Positions 10,010-19,776 are shown, numbered from the stretch's first letter. The stretch is DNA of 64,000 nt from Chloroflexota bacterium (GCA_963663275.1 OY760183.1:1568001-1632000); one strand, 5' to 3'. A program made the numbers and translations. The notes: generated from the sequence alone by a model not told the origin.

Positions 10010-10171
10010 TCAATCCGTTTCCTGCTTGCGCGCCTCCCGCAGGAAGTAGCCCTCAAGCAAGCCCTCGATGCGGGAAACACGCCCCTCAAGCCGCATGATG
10101 AATCCAACGACCGCGAGTATTGTCACGACGTTTGCGCCAACATTGATGGCAAGGATGACTTCCGGCTGCAT
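10010..10171 (-). CDS. 53-aa membrane-anchored coiled-coil microprotein (not in ORF track)
   Basis: Translated by hand: [53 protein letters not shown]; shares RVSRIEGLL and LEGY..KQ with the 62789..63064 protein. Confidence 0.7.
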   Translation of the reverse strand: MQPEVILAINVGANVVTILAVVGFIMRLEGRVSRIEGLLEGYFLREARKQETD

Positions 10172-10339
10172 CGTTGGGTTGCTCTCGGCGCCCGCTGCCC
10201 ACTGCGTTGTGCCACTTACAACACCGCCGTCGCTCCGGCGCTGCCACCTCTATGGTACACCAATCCGGCTCCGGTTAGAAGAAGAGTTCGCTGAGATGCA
10301 AGCTCGGGTGGAAGAAAAGCCCGACTGCGTGACGCTGCG

Positions 10340-12574
10340 TCACCGGCCTGCATAGTCCACGAAAACCGGGCTCGACCATGCCATTTCCATGTCGGTTTGG
10401 ACAACCCGCACCCAGTAGGGATTGACGCCCGGTTGCGGCGCGGGGTCGGTGAACGTGAACGCGGCGGTTTCGGGGCCGCGCGCTTGCGGCGCGAGCGAGA
10501 CCGTAACCTTGCGGCCGAGCGGTCCCAGAGCGAACTCCTGGGGGCCTGCCGCCAGATCGTCCAGAACCACGTGGCAGGCGAGGGATTCTCCGGGAGCGTA
10601 GGCGAGTATCTGCGGCCCCGCCGCGCCGTACGCGCCAAAGCGCGGCCGGCTGATGAGGGATGACGTTAAGGCAAGATCGAGAATCGCCTGCTCGTCGTCC
10701 GTAATGGTCAGCACCACGCCGCCGCGGTAGCCGCACGTCACGGAATGCCATCGCAGGCCGCGCTCGGTTACGCCTGACAGATAGGAACGCGGGCTATCGA
10801 AACGGATGGTATGCGCCGCCGCGAGCGAGCCGCGCCTGATGGTTGCCGCGCCGTCCCAAACCACGCCGGAGTAGCTGGACTTGCGGCTCGCCCCTTGCCA
10901 GAGGATGCGCACCCGTTGTGGGTCCGGCGCGGTTTCCAGGGGGTGGTCGTAGACGCGCTCTAATCCGCGAAATATCTCCACGCTCTCCAGCGGGGCGGTA
11001 CCGGTAACGGAGACCGTGACGGTTGGCGGCGCGTCGGTCGCGCAGGCCGCGCCCATGGGGTGGCGGCCGGCGTCTACCTCCAGCGCGATGCGCGCGCCGG
11101 TGGTGGCGTAGCAGCGGCGCGCCTTCAGCGCCTCGTGAAACGCCTCCAGCGTCAGGTCGCTGGCGTAGATGCCGGTGAGACCCGCCTGGGCGTAGCGGCG
11201 CGGCTGGTAGCCGGGAGTGTCCGTGCCGGGGCGTCCCGTGTGGCTGTCGCTGCCGCCGACGAAACCGACCGTGTAGCGGCGTTCCAGGGCTTCCTCCAGA
11301 AACCACTCAAAACTGCCGTGGGTTGACGTAATTTCGATCGCGGGTTCGATAGCGGGTTCATGGTAAGCAAGATCCGCGTGCGCGCCGCCGACGTGGGGGG
11401 TGATGAGCACGTCGGCGTGTCGATAGGCGGCGTACAGGTCGCGCACGTGGGGGAGATCGGTGGCGGCGTCCGATTTATCGGCCACCTGCGCATGGCTGTT
11501 GCGCCGGATCGGCTGCTCCTGGCGGCGGAAGTAGACGTTGTGGTGCCCGCCGCGGGCCGTCTCCGGCGACCACTCGAAGCCCGGCAGCGGCACGAAACGG
11601 CCGGGTTCCGCAAAGGCGGCCTCCGCTTCTTGCTGCGCGCGCCAGTCATCCGCCGAGACCATGTGGTCGTTGCGCTGGTAGCCCACGAAGTCCAGCGCGG
11701 CCACGTCACGGGCAAAGCGGAAGAAATCGGGAATCTTTTCGGCTAACGCCACCTGGCCGCCGTGGGGGTCCGCCCAGTAGAGCGTATGCTCCGGCCGCCG
11801 CTGCGCGCAGATTATTGGGTTGCTGCGGGCTTCCAGGCCGCTGTCGGCATCCGCGACGCGTATGCGGTTTGTGCCGGGAAGAGAGGCGATGCAGCCTTCA
11901 ATTGCGCGGACGCCGTGGTCGCCTGGGCGCAGGCGCAGGCCGCCCGCCGAATCCGGTATGCGGATGTTCTCCGCGTGTACGGCCAGTGTGCCGTCATAGT
12001 CGTGGGCAGGATTGCCCCAGGCGTCTTCAGCGCGCACCAAGATACGGAACGGCGCGCCGGCGACCACGGATGACGGCGCAACCACCACCAGCTTCTGCGC
12101 CGCGCCGCCAACGATGGAGAGATGCGGTGAATCCGGCAGGGTAACGAACTCGCCGCCGCCGCTGGCGTCCACGGCGACCCAGAAGTAGCGCTTGGACTCC
12201 AGGAAGGTCTGCGCCCGGGACCCCGACCCGCCGCCGGTGCGATCGCCGTAGGTCACGGTGACGGTCTCTCCCGGTCGCAGCGGCCGCCCGTGCACCCGCA
12301 GGCGCAGCGACTTGATGTCCTCGACCAACACGTCGAGGCGGGCCGCCGGCGGAGCGCACACGGTCAGGTATTCGGCGCCGGCGGGGTCGGTTACCTGGGG
12401 CAGGCCCCAGTCGGTATCCGAATCCGTGGAGACGCGGATGGCGCCGCCGGCCGCGACGCCGCCCGCGCCAACGGTATAGCGGAGTTGCCAGGTACCGTAC
12501 GCGCCGGCAACGACCGGAGCGCCCGGCTCCAGCGTAGCCGCGCCGTTCTGCTCGTGAAGGGTTTTACTGGGCAC
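10340..12574 (-). CDS. DUF3604-like PHP-domain metallohydrolase
   Basis: 'LYWADPHG', 'NDH', 'GFEWS', 'GHHNVYF', 'GFVGGSDSHTGRPG', 'RRCYATTG', C-terminal 'MAWSSPVFV'. Confidence 0.75.
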   Translation of the reverse strand: MPSKTLHEQNGAATLEPGAPVVAGAYGTWQLRYTVGAGGVAAGGAIRVSTDSDTDWGLPQVTDPAGAEYLTVCAPPAARLDVLVEDIKSLRLRVHGRPLRPGETVTVTYGDRTGGGSGSRAQTFLESKRYFWVAVDASGGGEFVTLPDSPHLSIVGGAAQKLVVVAPSSVVAGAPFRILVRAEDAWGNPAHDYDGTLAVHAENIRIPDSAGGLRLRPGDHGVRAIEGCIASLPGTNRIRVADADSGLEARSNPIICAQRRPEHTLYWADPHGGQVALAEKIPDFFRFARDVAALDFVGYQRNDHMVSADDWRAQQEAEAAFAEPGRFVPLPGFEWSPETARGGHHNVYFRRQEQPIRRNSHAQVADKSDAATDLPHVRDLYAAYRHADVLITPHVGGAHADLAYHEPAIEPAIEITSTHGSFEWFLEEALERRYTVGFVGGSDSHTGRPGTDTPGYQPRRYAQAGLTGIYASDLTLEAFHEALKARRCYATTGARIALEVDAGRHPMGAACATDAPPTVTVSVTGTAPLESVEIFRGLERVYDHPLETAPDPQRVRILWQGASRKSSYSGVVWDGAATIRRGSLAAAHTIRFDSPRSYLSGVTERGLRWHSVTCGYRGGVVLTITDDEQAILDLALTSSLISRPRFGAYGAAGPQILAYAPGESLACHVVLDDLAAGPQEFALGPLGRKVTVSLAPQARGPETAAFTFTDPAPQPGVNPYWVRVVQTDMEMAWSSPVFVDYAGR

Positions 12575-12703
12575 GTCAGCGTTCTCTACTTTGATCTTTT
12601 CCGATTACTGTGACGACCGCTGGTAGTGTACAACGAAAGCGGTTGCCGTGTCAGGGAAGGATCGCGCTTGCATGGAGCGCGAACGTTGCCGCGGGCGGCA
12701 TTG

Positions 12704-12722
12704 CCCTTCGACAGGCTCAGGC
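12704..12722 (+). repeat. REP-like palindrome, CCCTTCGACAGGCTCAGG family
   Basis: Related copies at about 28187, 41717 (reverse), 41779 and 62477. Confidence 0.6.
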
Positions 12723-12911
12723 CGAATGATAGGAGTCCTCGCCGGCGCGGATTGCACGTAGACGTGGCAAGGCGGCGGCTGCGGCAAAGCGCGTGTTCTC
12801 ATTTGAAGATTCGGCGGCTGTTGGCTAGACTGAAATTAAGGGAAGTCATGTGACCAAAATGTGTCGCCTGGCCGGAATGAGCGGCCCAGGCCAGATAGGA
12901 AGGGAGCCGGT

Positions 12912-14981
12912 ATGGCCCAGGGGATGCCGTGGTACGATCAGTACGTGCGATTTGGACAGGTGGCGCTCCACGAGGCTGATCCGCCGCACGTAGACGTTGG
13001 CTGGTGGCAGGAGCGCTGGCAGGAGAGCGGCTTTGGCGGCGTGGCGTTGAGCGCCGGCGGTGTCTTGGCATTCTACCCCACGACCGTGCCCTTTCACCGG
13101 CGGAGTCGTTGGCTGGGCGAGCGCGACGTCTTCGGGGAGTTGGTGGAAGCGGCCAAGCAGCAGGAACTTATCGTGCTGGCGCGCATCGATCCCAGTCTCG
13201 CCCACGAGGACCTTTACTATACCCATCCCGACTGGTTCATGGTAGACCACGACGGCAAGCCGCGCCGGTCGAACGGTCTCTATTACACGTGCGTCAATTC
13301 GCCGTACTACCGCGAATATCTCCCGGCAATCGTGCGCGAGATTGGCGAACGGTATCCGGTGGATGGCTTCTTCGGCCACAATTGGCACGGGCGGCGGGAG
13401 ATTTGCTACTGCGCCTACTGCGAGCGGCGCTACGCGCGGGAAGCCGAGATGCGCTTGCCCAAACCGTCCGGCGGCCCGGCGCGAGAACAAGACGAGCGCG
13501 CGCAGCGGGGCTGGCAGCGCTGGCGCAGGGAAGTGGATGAGGAACTGTGGACGTTTCTCGAGCGGGTGACCAAAGAAGCGCGGGCCGAGGCGCTCTGGGT
13601 GGGGGATACGACCCAGGGGCGCGTGGCCTCGTTGGCGGAATTCGTCGTTGGCCGGCATGAGGGCGGCCGCGGCGCGCAGCCGCTCTGGGCGGCGGGACTG
13701 GCCAGCCGCGTGGCCCAGGGCATGGCCGGCCGGAATAAAGCGGCCTACGTCACGGTCGCCATGGGCAGCGGCGCGGCCGGTGAGACGCCGCCGGCCGAGA
13801 TACCGGTGACCCTGGCGGAGGTGCTGGCGCATGGCGCGTGGCCGTGGGTGAGCATGGCGGCCGTGCCCCGGGACCGGCGCATGTTCAAGGAGTTGGCCCC
13901 GGCCCTCGCCTGGCGCAATCAGCACGAGCGCATCCTGGGCGGACGCCTGCCCGGGGCTTCCGTGGGCGTGTTGTACGCTGCCTGCGCCGCTGAGGACGCG
14001 GTGAGCGGGCTGGATAGCCACACGCTGGGCGCGTGCCTGGCGCTGCTGCGGGCGCGGATTCCGTTCGACCTGGTGGACGTAGGGCGCCTCCAGCCGGGAG
14101 CGTTGCAGGACTACCAGTTGGTTGTGTTGCCCAATCTCAGCGAGCTATCGGACGGCCAGGCGCAGGAGGTGCGGCGCTTCGTGAGCGGCGGGCGCAGCTT
14201 GGTGGCCACGTTCGAGACCTCGCGCCGGGATCCGTCCGGCGGCTACCGCGCCGACTTCGGCCTGGCGGACGTATTTGGGGTCACGGCCTCAGGCAGCGCG
14301 CCGCTGGAAGGGCTGGAGAACACCCAGTACCAGATTGGCGGCGACCACCCGATCGTCCACGACTTCGGCGATACGGTCGTATTGCCGGCGGCGGGGCGTC
14401 TCAGTCTGGTGCAGCCGCTGGCGCGGGCGGAAACGCCGCTGGTGCTGGTGCCGCCGGCGGCGGATACGCCGCTGGAGTATGGGCTGTCGGAGTTGCCGCA
14501 GATTTCCCGTCCGGTCTTGTTTGCGCGGGAACAGGAGCGGAGCCGCATCGTCTACTTCCCCGGAGACGTCGATCACGCCATCTGGGAGCGCAATCATACG
14601 GACCTGGCGGCCTTGCTCGCCGGCGCGGTGCGGTGGGCGCACGGCAGCGAACTGCCGGTAACGGTGACGGGCCCGGGATTGGTGGACGTGGGCGTGCACG
14701 TTTACGGCAACATGCTGCAAGTGCACCTGGTAAACCTCACCAGCGCCGACGCCTGGCGGGGCTCGATTGAAGAGGTGGTGGCCGTGGGCGCGCAGGAACT
14801 GCGGGTGGTGTTGCAGCCGGGCAACGCGGTGCAGGAGGCGCAATTGCTCGTGAGCGGCGCCAGCGCCGAGTACAGCGTGCAAGACAACGTGCTGCGGATT
14901 GCGATTCCGCAGATCGAGACGCATGAATTCGTAACCGTCCGCTTTGCGGCAGAGGCCGCGCAGACGGCCGAAGCTGAATAG
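12912..14981 (+). CDS. Putative glycoside hydrolase (GHL6/GH42-like TIM barrel + trimerization domain)
   Basis: 'GGVLAFYPT', 'HPDW', 'CVNSPYY', 'CYCAYC', 'LVVLPN..LSD', 'HLVNLT'. Confidence 0.7.
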   Translation: MAQGMPWYDQYVRFGQVALHEADPPHVDVGWWQERWQESGFGGVALSAGGVLAFYPTTVPFHRRSRWLGERDVFGELVEAAKQQELIVLARIDPSLAHEDLYYTHPDWFMVDHDGKPRRSNGLYYTCVNSPYYREYLPAIVREIGERYPVDGFFGHNWHGRREICYCAYCERRYAREAEMRLPKPSGGPAREQDERAQRGWQRWRREVDEELWTFLERVTKEARAEALWVGDTTQGRVASLAEFVVGRHEGGRGAQPLWAAGLASRVAQGMAGRNKAAYVTVAMGSGAAGETPPAEIPVTLAEVLAHGAWPWVSMAAVPRDRRMFKELAPALAWRNQHERILGGRLPGASVGVLYAACAAEDAVSGLDSHTLGACLALLRARIPFDLVDVGRLQPGALQDYQLVVLPNLSELSDGQAQEVRRFVSGGRSLVATFETSRRDPSGGYRADFGLADVFGVTASGSAPLEGLENTQYQIGGDHPIVHDFGDTVVLPAAGRLSLVQPLARAETPLVLVPPAADTPLEYGLSELPQISRPVLFAREQERSRIVYFPGDVDHAIWERNHTDLAALLAGAVRWAHGSELPVTVTGPGLVDVGVHVYGNMLQVHLVNLTSADAWRGSIEEVVAVGAQELRVVLQPGNAVQEAQLLVSGASAEYSVQDNVLRIAIPQIETHEFVTVRFAAEAAQTAEAE

Positions 14982-15212
14982 CCGGCTTTCCTGCTGCGCG
15001 ATGAGAGTGGCACGCTGCCGCGATAGGGGAGGGATGCGAAGATCGGTTCCTCAGATTACGAACGTTCGGAAGAGAGTGACGGCGTAAACGACGGCGGCGT
15101 CCTTGGCGAAGGCGACGCTCGCCAGGCGGATGCGCAGCGCGTCCCTCGGGTTGCGCACATCGCGGCGCCCCCCCGGCAAGGGCGGGGACGGCGGCGGGAA
15201 TCATCCCCTTCC

Positions 15213-16514
15213 GTGGTGCTTGTGGGCGGCTTTGCCGTGCTCATCGCGGTGGGGACGCTGCTCCTCATGCTGCCGCCGGCCGCGGCGTCCGGCAGGTCCA
15301 CGTCCTTCATCGATGCTCTCTTCACCGCCACGTCGGCGGTATGCGTAACCGGGTTGGTGGTGGTCGATACCGGCGAGCACTGGAGCGCGTTCGGCCACGC
15401 GGTCATTCTGGCGCTCTTCCAGCTTGGCGGCTTCGGTTTCATGACCGGCTCGATTCTGATTTTGATGATTCTCGGGCAATCGATCCGGCTGCGCCAGCGT
15501 GTCCTGATGCGCGAAGCCCTCAACCTCTCCAACATCGGCGGCATTGTGTCCATCGTGCGCAATATCGCCATCTGGACGTTGGTGGTGGAGGCCGCCGGCG
15601 TGCTTGCGCTGGCGCTCTTCTTCGCGCGGGAGAACGAGCCGGGGCACGCCCTCTGGATGGGGTTGTTTCACGGGGTATCGGCTTTCAATAACGCCGGATT
15701 CGACCTGATGGGCGGCTTTTCCAGCTTGACCCAATATCGCAGCGAAGGGTTCCTGCTTACGGTTATCGCCCTGTTGGTGGTATTCGGCAGCACCGGGTAC
15801 GTGGTGTTTGAGGATATGGCGCGCTCGCGGCGCTGGCTGCGCCTGAGCCTGGAGACCAAGCTCATCGTGCTCGTAACCGGCGCGTTGTGGCTGATTGGCG
15901 GCCTGGCGTTCTTCTGGCGCGAACGGTCCAATCCGCTTACGCTGGCCGGCGAAGTGTGGCACGTGCAACTCCTGGACACGTTCTTCCACAGCGTGGCCGC
16001 CCGCACCGCGGGGTTCGTCGCGCTGCCGGTGGGCAGCATGACCGAGGATACGACGTTCTTCACCATGGTGCTCATGCTCATTGGCGGCGCGCCGGGCTCC
16101 ACGGCGGGGGGCATCAAAGTGACGACTTTTGCTATTCTCATCGTGACGGTCATGGCGGTGATGCGCGGCAGAACGCGCATCACGATACTGCGCCGCACGC
16201 TGCCCCAGGAAGTGGTGCTGCGCTCGCTTGCCATCACTTTGCTGGCCGCCTTGCTGCTCATCGCCGTCAGTTGGGTGCTGGCGGAGTTCGAGACCGGCGG
16301 CTTCATGCCGGTGCTCTTCGAGGCCGCGTCGGCGCTGGGCACGGTAGGCATGTCGTACGGCATAACGCCCCAGCTGCACGACGTTAGCCGTCTCGTGCTG
16401 GTGGCGGCCATGTTCGTGGGGCGACTCGGCCCGCTTACGCTGGTGCTGCTGTTAGCGCAGAAGACCCAGCGCGAGCATCTGCAATTTCCTCGTGAATCGG
16501 TACGTGTGGGATAG
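15213..16514 (+). CDS. Trk/Ktr potassium uptake membrane subunit (KtrB/TrkH); start uncertain
   Basis: Pore loops 'FTATSAVCVTGL', 'SAFNNAGF', 'RTAGF', 'GSTAGGIK', 'SALGTVG'. Confidence 0.93.
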   Translation: MVLVGGFAVLIAVGTLLLMLPPAAASGRSTSFIDALFTATSAVCVTGLVVVDTGEHWSAFGHAVILALFQLGGFGFMTGSILILMILGQSIRLRQRVLMREALNLSNIGGIVSIVRNIAIWTLVVEAAGVLALALFFARENEPGHALWMGLFHGVSAFNNAGFDLMGGFSSLTQYRSEGFLLTVIALLVVFGSTGYVVFEDMARSRRWLRLSLETKLIVLVTGALWLIGGLAFFWRERSNPLTLAGEVWHVQLLDTFFHSVAARTAGFVALPVGSMTEDTTFFTMVLMLIGGAPGSTAGGIKVTTFAILIVTVMAVMRGRTRITILRRTLPQEVVLRSLAITLLAALLLIAVSWVLAEFETGGFMPVLFEAASALGTVGMSYGITPQLHDVSRLVLVAAMFVGRLGPLTLVLLLAQKTQREHLQFPRESVRVG

Positions 16515-16524
16515 GAGTGACGCC

Positions 16525-17175
16525 ATGCCGAATCAACAGATCGCGGTGATCGGGCTGGGCCGCTTTGGCACCAGCGCGGCTATTCAGCTTGCCAGCCTGG
16601 GCTACGACGTGCTGGGGGTGGACAAGAGCGCGGACAAGGTGGAAAGCATGTCGGACGAGCTTACCCACGTGGTGCGGGCGGATACGGCAAATGAAGGCGC
16701 GCTGGAAGAACTGGGCATTCGCAACTTCGACGTGGTGGTGGTGGGCATTAGCTCGGACGTGCAGGGCAGCATCATAACGACGTTGATCCTCAAGCATCTG
16801 GACGTGCCCTACGTAATCGCCAAGGCGCGCGACGAACTCCACGGCGAAATCCTGGATAGGATCGGCGCCGACAAGGTGATCTATCCGGAGCATGAAGCCG
16901 GCGTGCGCATTGCGCATACGTTCATCTCCCACGCCATCATCGACTATGTCGAAGTGGTGCCCGGCTACGGCGTGAGCAAGCTCAAAGTGCCCGATCGGTT
17001 CGTGGGCCGCTCGCTGCAGGTGCTCGGCTTCGGCGAGGACAGCGGACTGCGCATTTTGATGATCGGACGCAACGACAGTGTGGTGCACGACCCCAAACTG
17101 AGCGAACGCATCCAGGACGGCGACGTCTTGATGATGGTGGGCGAAGACCGGTACTTGAGCGAGATGGAACTCTAG
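16525..17175 (+). CDS. Trk/Ktr potassium uptake RCK subunit (KtrA/TrkA)
   Basis: 'VIGLGRFG' Rossmann motif; 'GADKVIYPEHEAG'. Confidence 0.93.
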   Translation: MPNQQIAVIGLGRFGTSAAIQLASLGYDVLGVDKSADKVESMSDELTHVVRADTANEGALEELGIRNFDVVVVGISSDVQGSIITTLILKHLDVPYVIAKARDELHGEILDRIGADKVIYPEHEAGVRIAHTFISHAIIDYVEVVPGYGVSKLKVPDRFVGRSLQVLGFGEDSGLRILMIGRNDSVVHDPKLSERIQDGDVLMMVGEDRYLSEMEL

Positions 17176-17274
17176 CGGTCAGTCTTGCGCGGTCGCTTCA
17201 CGCGGGGAGCGCGAGACTGCCAGGCAAATGGCGCGTGAAGGCTTGACGAAGTTCGCGCTATGTGGTTAAATGGA

Positions 17275-17617
17275 ATAGGAGAGGGCGTGAGTCCTCGAAA
17301 CGGCACCAAGGAGGGAGGTGAGCGATGAGAGGCATACGCTTGCCGTTGGATAACCCGAGAGTGCTGTACGGTGTTTGGCAAGTGGACAGGTAACCCTCCA
17401 TCCGCGCACGATTGAGACAGGTTCGATGCGGGTGGAGGGCCAGACCGCAGGGTGGCGGGTTTTGCCGCTCGATGCGTAGCAACGGCCGGACGTCTGAAGA
17501 GCCCGGCCGCGCTAAAGCTGACGCCCCAGTCCAGGGCAGTTGAATACGGCGAAACTACGGCCCGACCCATCATTGGGAATGAAGCGCGCCTCGGATACGT
17601 TCCGAGGCGCGCTCTTT
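17275..17617 (+). ncRNA. Candidate structured RNA (long hairpins, hammerhead-like core, 22-codon ORF)
   Basis: TTGACG at 17243; hairpin CCCTCCATCCGC/GCGGGTGGAGGG (17394-17439); CTGAAGA..GAAAC core (17494-17555); strong terminator at the end. Confidence 0.45.
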
Positions 17618-17620
17618 GGT
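17583..17620 (+). terminator. Intrinsic terminator
   Basis: 13-bp perfect stem AGCGCGCCTCGGA/TCCGAGGCGCGCT followed by CTTTGGTT. Confidence 0.7.
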
Positions 17621-17717
17621 TGGCGAGAGGGGGCTTGGTTCTGCCCGCGTGCGGCACGCTGTGCGCGGCGCGCCGGGCGGCGGCAGAGTGTCAACCCACG
17701 GAGATCCGGAGAGAGTC

Positions 17718-18050
17718 ATGAGGGATATGCGCGCGCGCACACCGGCGGTGATCTCACGCGGCGAGGCTGAGCGCACGCTGGTGATCGAATGGCGCGACGG
17801 CCACGTTACGCGCTACGACTGGGAAGCTTTGCGCCGCCTGTGCCCGTGCGCGCTCTGCGCGGGCGAAATGGGCGCGCCGGGCACAATGAAACCCGGCACG
17901 ATTCTGATGGCTAGCCAGACGTTTCTCGAATCGATCGAACAGGTGGGCAACTACGCGGTGCGCATGCAGTGGGAAGACGGCCACAACACGGGAATCTACA
18001 CGTTCGACGGCCTGCGCGAGCAATGTCCGTGCTGTGCGGAAGCCGGATAA
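17718..18050 (+). CDS. DUF971 / gamma-butyrobetaine hydroxylase N-terminal-like protein
   Basis: 'IEWRDGH', 'LRRLCPCALC', 'VGNYAV..WEDGHNTGIYTF..LR'. Confidence 0.88.
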   Translation: MRDMRARTPAVISRGEAERTLVIEWRDGHVTRYDWEALRRLCPCALCAGEMGAPGTMKPGTILMASQTFLESIEQVGNYAVRMQWEDGHNTGIYTFDGLREQCPCCAEAG

Positions 18051-18062
18051 AGGCGGCGGGCG

Positions 18063-18764
18063 TCACTGCTTGAGATAGAGGGCCGCGCTGGGGCAGAGGT
18101 CTTGCACGGGGCACGCGCCGCAGTCCGGCTTGCGGGCGGCGCAGACGGCGCGGCCGTGGTGAATGAGCAGGTGGCCGACGTCGATCCAGTCGGCCTCGGG
18201 CACAACGTCCATGAGGTCGCGCTCGATTTTGGCGGGGTCTTTGTGACGGGTTAGCTTGAGGCGCTGCGAGAGGCGCGAGACGTGAGTATCGACCACCACC
18301 CCGTCCGCAACCTGAAACGCCACGCCCAGCACGACGTTGGCGGTCTTGCGCGCCACGCCCGGCAATTCCAGCAACTCAGCCATCGTCTGGGGCACGTCGC
18401 CGCCGAATTTCTCCAGAATGACGCGCGCCGCGCCCTGGATGTTCTTGGCTTTGTTGCGGAAGAAGCCGGTGGTCTTTACGGCCGCTTCCAGGTCCTCCCT
18501 GGAGGCGGACGCAAAGGCTTCCACAGTTGGAAACTGCGCGAACAAGGCCGGCGTGACGATGTTCACGCGCTTGTCCGTGCATTGGGCGGAGAGAATCGTC
18601 GCTACCAGCAGTTCCCAGGCGTTGCGGTAGTGCAGGGCGCACTCGGCATGGGGATAGGTAGCGCGGAGACCGGCGATGACCTGGCCCACGCGCGCGCGCA
18701 GGGCGCGTTTCGACTCTCTTCCCCGCCTCGCCTGCGGCGGCTTTGCGTTCTTCCGGGTAGGCAT
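18063..18764 (-). CDS. nth: Endonuclease III
   Basis: 'LLVATILSAQCTD', HhH 'LPGVARKTANVV', 'VDTHV', Fe-S cluster C-x6-C-x2-C-x5-C. Confidence 0.96.
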   Translation of the reverse strand: MPTRKNAKPPQARRGRESKRALRARVGQVIAGLRATYPHAECALHYRNAWELLVATILSAQCTDKRVNIVTPALFAQFPTVEAFASASREDLEAAVKTTGFFRNKAKNIQGAARVILEKFGGDVPQTMAELLELPGVARKTANVVLGVAFQVADGVVVDTHVSRLSQRLKLTRHKDPAKIERDLMDVVPEADWIDVGHLLIHHGRAVCAARKPDCGACPVQDLCPSAALYLKQ

Positions 18765-18780
18765 GGCGGCGGAACGCGGG

Positions 18781-19089
18781 CTACGAGGATTGGTCGGCGC
18801 CGACCAGGTCGCCGCGGCCGCGCAGGCTTTCCAGATTCTGCGTATGCACGTGATTGCCGGGCACGATGTCCTGCGTCGCGGCGCCGATAGATTCGCCGTA
18901 CTTGATCACGTGCTCGCCGTTGGCGATGGGCTTCACCGCAACCTTGTGGCCGAAGGGAATGTCGTCGCGGATGGTGATCTCCTGCTCACCGTCCGGCCCG
19001 GTGAAAGAGACCGTAGTCCCCGGAGTGAGGTCCGCCAGCGCAATGGCGGTGTTGTCCTTGTCGTCGATGATGTGGAGCACTTGCTTCAT
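18781..19089 (-). CDS. UxaA/SuyA-like SAF-domain dehydratase small subunit
   Basis: 'DNTAIAL', 'IPFGHKVA', 'VIKYGESIG', 'HVHTQNL'. Confidence 0.85.
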   Translation of the reverse strand: MKQVLHIIDDKDNTAIALADLTPGTTVSFTGPDGEQEITIRDDIPFGHKVAVKPIANGEHVIKYGESIGAATQDIVPGNHVHTQNLESLRGRGDLVGADQSS

Positions 19090-19347
19090 GCGGCGCAATC
19101 CTCGCGGCAGGTGTGTGCTTTGAATGACGAACAGCCGTACAAAGTGAATAATTGGGCACGGCTGGTACCAGCATAGCGCAATCTAACCGTATTTGCCAGA
19201 GGATCTCTTGACGTTTCGGAGGAGGCAGAGAACGAAGTCCCGGATAGAGAGCATAGGTGAGTGTGTGGAATAAATCCAGCACAACCGGCCAACACACCAA
19301 GAATCGCAGTCGCAGGACTAACGAACCAACGTGAGGGGCGGGATACG

Positions 19348-19776
19348 TCACGATACTGCTGGGAAAGCGTCCTCCAGGCCAACTAGTGCTCTGATTTCCA
19401 CTGCAATCTCGAAGTCGTCCACGGTATATCCGAATATGCCGGCGTGGGACTCGTCGTCAACGAGGGGCATGTGCTCAACGCTAAGTGAACGCTCAGGAAT
19501 GGCTAGTGTGGCGCTCTTGATGTCCTGAACGTTGAGCGCAGCGAACCGACCGTTCGGTCGAACTCGATACCCTTTGGCATCGAAAGCCGTTCGAACTAGC
19601 TGAATAGCGACGTTCAAATCGGATGTGTCAAAGAACTCCAGCCAGTTGACGGAGAGGTAGTCCTCGCCCTGCCGGGGTCTGAAGGCGCTCACTGCTGGCA
19701 ATCCGTCCGTGCCAACGGACGAAGGCTTGCAGTATCTCGCTACGTGGTCTTCATCAGGAAGCGGGTTGCCAGGCAT
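19348..19776 (-). CDS. Hypothetical protein, possible ADP-ribosyltransferase-fold toxin
   Basis: 'VARYC..AF..LSVNW..HMP..DESHAGIFG'; start overlaps the upstream gene by 23 bp; lower GC. Confidence 0.55.
   Translation of the reverse strand: MPGNPLPDEDHVARYCKPSSVGTDGLPAVSAFRPRQGEDYLSVNWLEFFDTSDLNVAIQLVRTAFDAKGYRVRPNGRFAALNVQDIKSATLAIPERSLSVEHMPLVDDESHAGIFGYTVDDFEIAVEIRALVGLEDAFPAVS

Noticed and set aside
17281-17350. Second hammerhead-like motif (hairpin-GAAAC..GTT)
   Set aside because: No CUGANGA element before the stem
18781-19089. Pseudogene call for the short UxaA-like ORF
   Set aside because: Stand-alone SAF subunits of split dehydratases are normal and the ORF is intact
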